Made by a program: the position numbers and the translations under genes | Shown here: piece after piece, positions 37,113-47,944 of the stretch | Layout: the number at the start of each line of letters is the position of its first letter | Position numbering within the stretch: position 1 is the first letter of the stretch | Notes under the pieces: generated by a model | Seen by the model: only the letters and a program-made list of their open reading frames with translations | What the model was told of the DNA's origin: nothing | The model's database searches: none | Source: Macrostomum lignano | Taxonomy: Eukaryota | DNA length: 64,000 nt | Assembly: GCA_002269645.1 (NCBI GenBank) | Contig: NIVC01002892.1 | Coordinates: 67,502-131,501 of the forward strand | Reading direction: 5' to 3'

Positions 37113-39892
37113 ATGCATTTAAACTGCAGGGGATTCAACCCGAAAATCAGAGAGCTGACACAGTGGGTCGTCAGTCAGGAGCTAGACATTGCCCTCTTCT
37201 CTGAGACCATTCTCAAAAGTTGTCACACTGTCCAGATTCCCGGGTACTCCATCATTCGGTATGATACCCCGCAAGTCAAACGCGGGCTTCTCCTTGCCCA
37301 CTCTCCTCGCGTCAAACTCACAAATGTGCGCTTGCAGTATGACAATGTCAACCATGAAGCCATCTCTTGCACCGTGAGCTTGTCTGACAACTCTGGTCCT
37401 GACTTCAATCTCGCTCTGGTGTACAGGTCTCCAGCACCGTACCATCTGAACCTGAACCTACTCAAAAATCTTCTCTCCGTAGGCGCAGTGTGCTCATGGG
37501 TGACCTCAATGCCAGACACCGCTTCCTCGGGGGTGACAGCAGCAACAACATGGCTGGCTACCAGCTGCACGACTGGCTGTCTGAGGGCCCCACCTCGCCC
37601 ACCATTCTCAATCAAGCCGGTCAGTTCACCAGACTGGCCACCAAAAACGGGCTGATTTCTAGGAATGTCTTGGACCTCGCCCTGGCCACTGAGGACTTTC
37701 TCCCATTTGTGCAGGACTTTGAGGTGGGTCCTGACCTGGGCAGTGACCACTTACCTATAATCCTCACGCTCAATATTCAGTCGAAGAAATGGGCTGGTCC
37801 CCCCAGACCCAAAAACTTCTCAAAAACAAACTGGGACGAGTTCAGACTCAAAATCAGTGAAGCTTTGAGCTCAGATCAGAATATTAAATTATCAAATGCT
37901 GACCAAATCAATGCCGAAGTGGATCACATCACAAAGGCCATTCACACCGTGATTGACTCCACAGTACCAGACTGTGGTGCCAAAAACGCCCTACCCAAGT
38001 ACATCCTCGACCTGATCAAAGAGCGCAGACGACTCAGACGCCTCTTCTTCAGCACACGGGATCAAAATTTCAAAACCCAAGCAAACCAGCTCGCAAATCG
38101 CATAAAGAGAGAAATTAACTCCTTCCAGAATGGAAAGCTCACCAAAGTCTGTGAGAGTATTGTTGAAAACAGCAAGAACAAGAAAGTGAAGAATTTCTGG
38201 CATGACACTAAAAAGCTGATGGGCAAATTTAAGCCAACCTCGATCCCCAGCCTCACCCTGGGTCAAACAACTGCGCACACAGATCTGGAGAAGGCTAACC
38301 TTCTAGCCGAGACTCTGGACTCAAAGATGCGCCCAGTCCCTTCCACATGCGAACAGCTCAAACGTGAGGTGGCCGATGTGGCACAGCTCACCTCATTCTA
38401 CCCCGTTCCTGAGGGAATCGAACCCATCGAGACCCACCCACTTGATGCTGCATTCTCTGTGGCAGACACAGTGTGGGAACTGGAGCACCTCAGGCCTGAT
38501 GGAGCACCCGGGCTGGACAAGATTCCCAACTGCGTCCTCAAGCTGGGCTTAGAGGGGGTGGCAATCACGAGACTCACTAACCTCTTCAACGCCTGCTACG
38601 GTCGAGGGATTTTCCCCAGCGCCTGGAAGAAAGCTGTGGTGACAATGATCCCCAAGCCGGACAAACCGCCCGAACACCCCAACTCCTACAGACCAATCAG
38701 CCTGACCTCATGTCTGGGCAAAGTGTTTGAGAAGCTTATAGCAAAAAGACTCACCAAGCACCTTGAGGATAATAAGACCCTAGGAGATGACCAATGCGCC
38801 TACCGCAAAATTCACTCCACGTATGACAACCTGTGCCGTCTGGCACAAGATGTCATGGTAGCAAAGTGCAAAGCTAAAAAGTCCGCTGCAGTCTTCCTGG
38901 ATGCAGAGGCAGCTTTTGACTCCACCTGGCACGACAAGATCAGGCATAGCATGCTCACCGATGGTTTTCCACCTATGCTCATGCGAATCCTGTCTGACTA
39001 CCTGCGAGACAGACAGATCCAGGTTCGAATCGAGGGGGCCCTAAGCGATCCCCACACCATCCAGGCTGGCGTCCCTCAGGGAGGCATTCTGAGCCCTCTC
39101 CTGTACCTCCTCTTCGTCAGCTCAATGCCGACTCCCACCATCTCAAGCGTCAAACGCAGTCAATTCGCAGACGACATGGCCGTCTGGGCCTCAGCAGACA
39201 CCTTTGCGGGGCTCCGAACATCCCTTCAAAGCTACCTCAGACGAGTCTTTGACTGGTGCGGTAAACAAGGCATTAGACTGAATGCCGGTAAAAGCAAAGC
39301 AATCGCTTTCAACTACAAACCCACTAGGCGCATGGACTTGCGACCCAAACTGTATCTGGGGGACACTGAGGTTCCGTACTGTCAGGAGGTGAAATTCCTG
39401 GGTGTCCTCCTTGACCAGAGCCTCTGCCTGAACAAACATGTGGACAACATGGCAGATACCAGCAGAGCCATTGTAATGTCACTGTGCAGAATTGCAAAAA
39501 TGACTAAGCTGAGTAGCACCACCCTCAGAATGCTGTACAGGGCATACGGAGAAAGCGCTCTCACCTACGGAGCGCCAATCCTGAGCCAAATCTGTGCGAC
39601 TAACCAAATCAAATTGCAGAAAATTCAAAACCTGGCTCTCCGTATCTGCTATGGTGTGCCATCCTACATCAGCATTGAATACCTGCACAAGCTGGCAGGT
39701 ATGCCGATGCTCGCAGACAGGGTCAAGCAGCTGGGGGTGGCTTGGCTGCTCAAGATGAGGGCAGCCAAGCTCCACAGCTTCCACATTGAGCCGGAAGCCC
39801 CTCGGGCTCCGGGCCGAACCCCTGTCCTCAATGTCCTCTGGGATGCCATGAGGCGTCGGGAAAGAAACAGGGGATTCCCACCCCAGGGTTAG
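37113..39892 (+). CDS. LINE copy 3 ORF2 (EN-RT), 1-nt frameshift near 37477
   Basis: ctctccgtagg here versus ctctctcgtagg or ctctcccgtagg in the other copies. Confidence 0.85.
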
Positions 39893-40670
39893 GCTGGCTA
39901 CCAGCCTTCCAAACCGGAAGTGACCACGCTCTGAAACGCAACTAATAAAACTAAACTTGCTGCCTGAGACAGAGATCGGTTGATCAGTCATTAGGACTGA
40001 TTAGGTAATCTCTATGTCTCCTCGCGTTTCTTTTTACAATTTTCCCAACTGTGTTTTTTACCCAACTGCTCTACAAATATCACTAATTGCTTTTTTACAC
40101 CTTTACTATATTCATTCTATTTTTACAACTAAATTCAAATATGCGCTATTGCATTTTTAATCTCTATTTTTTTTTACTTAAATGTCTTGCTTTTACTCTC
40201 AATAGGCCTTCAAATATCAAGCACGTATTTTTTAGATGTCCTGTTTTTATTAGATCCCTTCTTTGTGTGGGATTTCCCTCCCCTCTTTTTTATCCCCAAA
40301 TGCGTGCAAAATACTGCAAAATATTGAAAAATAGTTTTATATATGTATATTTTTAATTTCAATATTCGTATTAAATATTCAAATCGAAATCTTGTAAATA
40401 TTTTTAATTCTTTCGATCAAATACAAAATATAACTGCGGCAGAGTTCTTCGGAACTGACCCGCGCCGGTTTCGACGGCACCTCGTTTTAACAACAAAGAT
40501 TTCCGTGGAGGGATACTCTTAAGAGAATTCTCTAGTTTTTGCAGGCCTTTCCTAGAAAGGCTTATTAGAAGTTGAATAGTTTAGACTAGCCTAGCTTAGC
40601 TCTTAAAAGTACTTTAGTTAGCCTTCCATTCCACTGTACATTTGTTTTTATCTCTACCCCACCCCTAGTC

Positions 40671-43363
40671 TTGGACTGCCGGCCCTCTCTTGAGCACCGG
40701 TATCGTCCGAACGAAGCCTACGGTCGCCAGCTTCTTGGACTGACGCCGACAGCTGAGCCATCGACCGCGAGCCCGCCGCCAGCAGGCCAGATGCGAGCTC
40801 GACGCAGTCTGGAAGGCCGCCACTCGATCAGCCCACCGGCCGGCGAGCTCTTGCGCAACGCAGAGGAGATCCTGCGAGAGAATGAGCAGCTGCCGGAGGC
40901 TGCAGGCGCAGAGGCAGAGCAGCGCATGTCTCTCGACTGCGACGAGCCAAGCCAGACAAGCGCCCTGCCATCCAACGAGGCCGCAGCAACCACCGAGCCA
41001 CCAACTGCCGAGTCCAGCGAGCTCAGTGCGGCAGCGGCAGCGCCGACGTCTGAGGAGCGCCAGCAATCGGCTGCAGACCAGGCCTCGACGCTGCCAAAGC
41101 CCCCTGCCGAGCAACTGGACGCTGACATCAGTCAAATCATCTTCCCTGATGAGCCTGACTTGACTGACTGTCAGCAGACGATCTACGCTAGCGACAGCAC
41201 CATCATCTATGCGCCCAAGTTCCTGAGCGAGGTCGCGGACCAAGTCTACGAGCGCCTGATCACCGACCTGCTGCCTCTGGCCTTTCAGCATCGTCCGAGT
41301 GAGCAGCGCCGTGTCTACTGGATCGGCCCGTCGTACACCCACAGCGGGGTTGAGCTGAAGGAAAATCTAGACTGGCATCAGGTAATTGAAGACATTCGTG
41401 ACTTCATTTACCATGATACCCAGTTCGATGTCCCGAAGTTCAACTCCGTGTTGGTGAACTTCTACACCGAGCCGGGAGACCGGATTCCCTGGCACTCGGA
41501 CGATGAGGATGAGCTCGGCGACAGGCCGACGATCGCGACCGTGTCCTTCGGCGCTGAGCGGCTGTTCATGCTGCGCCGTCGGGACGGCAACGTGACGCAC
41601 CGCTTTCCAACGCTGCCAGGCTCGCTGATTCTGATGGCAGGAAACTGCCAGAAACGCCTGCAGCACCAGGTGCCCGCCGCCCACTCTCAGAATGGCGTCC
41701 GCATCTCGCTAACATTCCGTGTCACCAAGCCGGAGCTGCGGCGCAAGCGAGCTCTGCCGGATGACCCGACCTACAGCCAGCCGCTAAACGGCGGCCCATT
41801 CGGCGACGACCAAGGCGGTCGGGACGACGACCAAGGCGGCCACGACGACGACCAGGGCGGCCGGGGCGACGACAGGCCCCAGGAGCGGCAGGCGACGGCG
41901 ACGCGAGACCGCGAAGGCGATCGGGTCGGCGCGGCCGTGGCGGCCACCAGCGAGGCAGGCGAGGAGGTCGCGGCGCGGCGTCCGGTGCGGCGGCGGCTTC
42001 GGCGGCTTCCTGGCCGGCCGGTGCGGCAGCGGCTTCGGCGACAAGCGCGCAGGCGGCTGCGGCAGCGCGGCCCTACGCGCAGGTTGCGGCGCGCCCTGCG
42101 CCGCCCAGAAGGCCCCAGGCTGCCATCCCGCCGATCGTCTTTGAGGTGCACCGGGACGCGGCCAACAAGCTGATGCAGTTCGTTGCCTGGCTGCAGACCA
42201 ACTTTGCCGGCGAAGCTCGAGCCGTCAACACTGCGCCGATGGCGAATCAGCCGGCCTATCTCGTGTTCCCAGCGTCGGAGCGGGACTACAACGTCTTCCT
42301 GGGCGGCGCGCTGCGCGAGGAGAAGCTGCTCGAGCATCCCGTAAAGCGCCGTCCAGCCCGAGCCCGACCGCTGGACAACAGAACAGGGCCCGACAGAGTG
42401 CAGCAGCAGCCGGTACGCACCTTCGTCGCTACTGAGGTGCCCCTCGCATTCTCGGAGGCTGACTTCGCGACCCTGTTGCGCGACACGCTCAAGCTGGACA
42501 TTGTCAGCGTCCACAGAATCCGAGCCAGAGCGACTGGGAAGGCAACCCAGTTCGTGCGCATCTTCACAAAGTCGGCGATGACCTACGAGAAGTGCCTCCG
42601 CGATGGCATCTGCACCGACTTCTTGAAGTTCAACTGCGAGGACAGCCGCACAGACGAGCCGGTCCGCGCTCTGCAATGCCAGCGCTGCCAGGAGTTCGGC
42701 CACCGCGCTGCCCAGTGTCGGGGGCAGCAGCGCTGCCGGATTTGCGGCGGCCAGCATTCCTGGAAGGAGTGCCAGCACGAGGGCCCAGCGGTCTGCGCCA
42801 ACTGCGGCGGCTCGCACCGAACCACCAGTCGAGCCTGCACCGTCGCCAAGGCGGAGCACGACAAGGCGACCAGAGCGGCTGCTGAGGCCAAAGCCGCGGC
42901 GCGTGCTGCGGAAGCTGCGGCCACTGCCGCCCCTGAGTCAAGTGAGACCGACGACACCGCCGCCGCCGACGACTCCGACAGCGGCTGGCTGATCCGCCGA
43001 GGCAGGCGCACGGTGCCGGTACCCGCCGCGATCCGGCCGCTTGTCATCGTGACCGATGATGCCAGGAGCGCTCCGGCGGCAGAGACCGAGTCTGCAGCAG
43101 CTGCCAGCGCTGATGTCAATGCGACTGCTCCGTCAGCTGATGCCGGCCAGGCGGTGCAGCTGCAGCTTAGTGACTTTATGTCGGTGGTGAGCATGCTGTT
43201 GCCCCTGATCACCCGCTCTCTGACACAAGTGGTTGTGCAGGCCCTGTCCCGACCGCCTGGGGAGGTCCTCACTGTGGAATCAACCAGTAAAATGGTTGAG
43301 GACATTGTGCGGGCTGCACTCCAGGAAGTGCCGGGCATGGCTGGCATGACCACTGAGTCCTAG
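40671..43363 (+). CDS. LINE copy 4 ORF1 (AlkB-gag), start removed by a ~140-bp 5' deletion, 1-nt frameshift near 41925
   Basis: Junction ctagtctt|ggactgcc at about 40672. The AlkB domain is intact in ORF 40671-42173. Confidence 0.8.
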
Positions 43364-43449
43364 TCTCAGGCAGCTAAACTCAAGACTTGAATTGAAACTT
43401 CAGTGCGTTAACTGTAGACTCAAACAATCAAACCACAGCCCTGAAGATT

Positions 43450-46231
43450 ATGCATTTAAACTGCAGAGGATTCAACCCGAAAATCAGAGAGCTGACACAG
43501 TGGGTCGTCAGTCAGGAGCTAGACATTGCCCTCTTCTCTGAGACCATTCTCAAAAGCTGTCACACTGTCCAGATTCCCGGGTACTCCATCATTCGGTATG
43601 ATACCCCGCATGTAAAACGCGGGCTGCTCCTTGCTCACTCTCCTCGCGTCAAACTCACAAATGTGCGCTTGCAGTATGACAATGTCAACCATGAAGCCAT
43701 CTCCTGCACCGTGAGCTTGTCTGACAACTCTGGTCCTGACTTCAATCTCGCTCTGGTGTACAGGTCTCCAGCACCGTACCACCTGAACCTGAACCTACTC
43801 AAAAATCTTCTCTCCCGTAGGCGCAGTGTGCTCATGGGTGACCTCAATGCTAGACACCGCTTCCTCGGGGGTGACAGCAGCAACAACATGGCTGGCTACC
43901 AGCTGCACGACTGGCTGTCTGAGGGTCCCACTTCGCCCACCATACTCAATCAGGCCGGTCAGTTCACCAGACTGGCCACCAAAAACGGGCTGATTTCTAG
44001 GAATGTCTTGGACCTCGCCCTGGCCACTGAGGACTTTCTCCCATTTGTGCAGGACTTTGAGGTGGGTCCTGACCTGGGCAGTGACCACTTACCTATAATC
44101 CTCACGCTCAATATTCAGTCGAAGAAATGGGCTGGTCCCCCCAGACCCAAAAACTTCTCAAAAACAAACTGGGACGAGTTCAGACTCAAAATCAGTGAAG
44201 CTTTGAGCTCAGATCAGAATATTAAATTATCAAATGCTGACCAAATCAATGCCGAAGTGGATCACATCACAAAGGCCATTCACACCGTGATTGACTCCAC
44301 AGTACCAGACTGTGGTGCCAAAAAACGCCCTACCCAAGTACATCCTCGACCTGATCAAAGAGCGCAGACGACTCAGACGCCTCTTCTTCAGCACACGGGA
44401 TCAAAATTTCAAAACCCAAGCAAACCAGCTCGCAAATCGCATAAAGAGAGAAATTAGCGCCTTCCAGAATGGAAAGCTCACCAAAGTCTGTGAGAGCATT
44501 GTTGAAAATAGCAAGAACAAGAAAGTGAAGAATTTCTGGCACGACACTAAAAAGCTGATGGGCAAATTTAAGCCAACCTCCATCCCCAGCCTCACCCTGG
44601 GTCAAACAACTGCGCACACAGATCTGGAGAAGGCTAACCTTCTAGCCGAAACTCTGGACTCAAAGATGCGCCCAGTCCCTTCCACATGCGAACAGCTCAA
44701 ACGTGAGGTGGCCGAGGTGGCACAGCTCACCTCATTCTACCCCGTTCCTGAGGGAATCGAACCCATCGAGACCCACCCACTTGATGCTGCATTCTCTGTG
44801 GCAGACACAGTGTGGGAACTGGAGCACCTCAGGCCTGATGGAGCACCCGGGCTAGACAAGATTCCCAACTGCGTCCTCAAGCTGGGCTTAGAGGGGGTGG
44901 CAATCACGAGACTCACTAACCTCTTCAACGCCTGCTACGGTCGAGGGATTTTCCCCAGCGCCTGGAAGAAAGCTGTGGTGACAATGATCCCCAAGCCGGA
45001 CAAACCGCCCGAACACCCCAACTCCTACAGACCAATCAGCCTGACCTCATGTCTGGGCAAAGTGTTTGAGAAGCTTATAGCAAAAAGACTCACCAAGCAC
45101 CTTGAGGATAATAAGACCCTAGGAGATGACCAATGCGCCTACCGCAAAATTCACTCCACGTATGACAACCTGTGCCGTCTGGCACAAGATGTCATGGTAG
45201 CAAAGTGCAAAGCTAAAAAGTCCGCTGCAGTCTTCCTGGATGCAGAGGCAGCTTTTGACTCCACCTGGCACGACAAGATCAGGCATAGCATGCTCACCGA
45301 TGGTTTTCCACCTATGCTCATGCGAATCCTGTCTGACTACCTGCGAGACAGACAGATCCAGGTTCGAATCGAGGGGGCCCTAAGCGATCCCCACACCATC
45401 CAGGCTGGCGTCCCTCAGGGAGGCATTCTGAGCCCTCTCCTGTACCTCCTCTTCGTCAGCTCAATGCCGACTCCCACCATCTCAAGCGTCAAACGCAGTC
45501 AATTCGCAGACGACATGGCCGTCTGGGCCTCAGCAGACACCTTTGCGGGGCTCCGAACATCCCTTCAAAGCTACCTCAGACGAGTCTTTGACTGGTGCGG
45601 TAAACAAGGCATTAGACTGAATGCCGGTAAAAGCAAAGCAATCGCTTTCAACTACAAACCCACTAGGCGCATGGACTTGCGACCCAAACTGTATCTGGGG
45701 GACACTGAGGTTCCGTACTGTCAGGAGGTGAAATTCCTGGGTGTCCTCCTTGACCAGAGCCTCTGCCTGAACAAACATGTGGACAACATGGCAGATACCA
45801 GCAGAGCCATTGTAATGTCACTGTGCAGAATTGCAAAAATGACAAAGCTGAGTAGCACCACCCTCAGAATGCTGTACAGGGCATACGGAGAAAGCGCTCT
45901 CACCTACGGAGCGCCAATCCTGAGCCAAATCTGTGCGACTAACCAAATCAAATTGCAGAAAATTCAAAACCTGGCTCTCCGTATCTGCTATGGTGTGCCA
46001 TCCTACATCAGCATTGAATACCTGCACAAGCTGGCAGGTATGCCGATGCTCGCAGACAGGGTCAAGCAGCTGGGGGTGGCTTGGCTGCTCAAGATGAGGG
46101 CAGCCAAGCTCCACAGCTTCCACATTGAGCCGGAAGCCCCTCGGGCTCCGGGCCGAACCCCCGTCCTCAATGTCCTCTGGGATGCCATGAGGCGTCGGGA
46201 AAGAAACAGGGGAATCCCACCCCAGGGTTAG
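43450..46231 (+). CDS. LINE copy 4 ORF2 (EN-RT), extra A near 44322
   Basis: gccaaaaaacgcc here versus gccaaaaacgcc. Many synonymous differences from copies 1-3 in the 5' half. Confidence 0.85.
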
Positions 46232-47944
46232 GCTGGCTACCAGCCTTCCAAACCGGAAGTGACCACGCTCTGAAACGCAACTAATAAAACTAAACTTGCT
46301 GCCTGAGACAGAGATCGGTTGATCAGTCATTAGGACTGATTAGGTAATCTCTATGTCTCCTCGCGTTTCTTTTTACAATTTACCCAACTGTGTTTTTTAC
46401 CCAACTGCTCTACAAATATCACTAATTGCTTTTTTACACCTTTACTATATTCATTCTATTTTTACAACTAAATTCAAATATGCGCTATTGCATTTTTAAT
46501 CTCTATTTTTTTTACTTAAATGTCTTGCTTTTACTCTCAATAGGCCTTCAAATATCTAGCACGTATTTTTTAGATGTCCTGTTTTTATTAGATCCCTTCT
46601 TTGTGCGGGATTCCCCTCCCCTCTTTTTTATCCCCAAATGCGTGCAAAATTCTGCAAAATATTGAAAAATAGTTTTATATATGTATATTTTTAATTTCAA
46701 TATTCGTATTAAATATTCAAATCGAAATCTTGTAAATATTTTTAATTCTTTCGATCAAATACAAAATATAACTGCGGCAGAGTTCTTCGGAACTGACCCG
46801 CGCCGGTTTCGACGGCACCTCGTTTTAACAACAACAAAGATTTCCGTGGAGGGATACTCTTAGGAGAATTCTCTAGTTTTTGCAGGCCTTTCCTAGAAAG
46901 GCTTATTAGAAGTTGAATAGTTTAGACTAGATTGAAGGTGTGCCACCTTAGCAGGTCGAAGTGCATTAATTGCTCAATATTTCGAAATTATTTTTGATTT
47001 CTTTGAGTACAGTTTTGCAACACATAAAACCCTAAAAATGTTAAACTATTGTAAACTACTTAGATGCTACGTATTTTAGTTACATATGTCCTATGTGACT
47101 AATTAATTATAATTTACCATTCATTAATTTTTTAATCACAAAGTTCTATTAAATAGACTCAAAAAATCAAACTGAGACACATGAATTAACATCATATACT
47201 AAGGTCCAAGAAATAATACTCATAATAAATATCTTGGACATTTGGACTTACGAAAAATAATCTTGCAATTAACAACGAAATTAGTTAAAAAAAATTTTCG
47301 CCGCTCCGATTCTGTTCACTGTAATTTGAAATGAGATTTTCCTAGAAATTCAGCATTTCAAATGTACAGTTTAACGCCCACAGGTACGTGAAACCACCGG
47401 ATGCGACTTTGCAGTGAAATGCTTTGCCATTTGATACAAGTTACCCAACATTAGGTAGCCTGATCATTTAGCTAAATCCATAATTAGGCACAGCAGCTTT
47501 CAAAACTCCGAAAAAACGAATTAATCAATAAATATGTAAACTATTATATGAGAAAAATACTGCCGTGTCTAAAACAAAAAGCGTCGAGCATTTAACTAAC
47601 CTCACACAGTGCAATGAGAATTAAAAACAAAGATATTTTTATGGAAACTTTACACCATTTTTTACACTGTAAATTTTTTTACACTGTGAAAGGTTAATCA
47701 ATGCTACTCACACTTTTAGGGACTTTCACTGCACATTTTGTGGGCGGTGCTGCGCGCAATAATAGTTTCGCAAATTTGTATCAAAACCGCCAAACGGCAA
47801 ACATGCGCGCAGTACCCACTCAATAGAGTGTTCGTTTTTGGAAAGAATATTTAAATTGTAACTCGAGCAGACATTAGCTTTTTAAGTGCTTTGCTTATGA
47901 GAATTCAGCAGCCACTGCAACGCAAATTACGCAATTTATCGTAA

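Larger units (their letters stand above)
21110..46930 (+). mobile_element. Head-to-tail array of four near-identical I/Jockey-group LINEs encoding AlkB
   Basis: Units start at 21110, 27567, 34018 and 40495 (6457, 6451, 6477 and 6341 bp). Each has a 5' region, ORF1, ORF2, a ~600-bp AT-rich 3' UTR and a ttttaacaac(aac) end. A fifth copy of the first 95 bp closes the array. Confidence 0.95.

Noticed and set aside
21388-46330. Antisense and alternate-frame ORFs overlapping the LINE ORFs
   Set aside because: They are expected shadows of GC-rich coding sequence, repeated only because the units are repeated.
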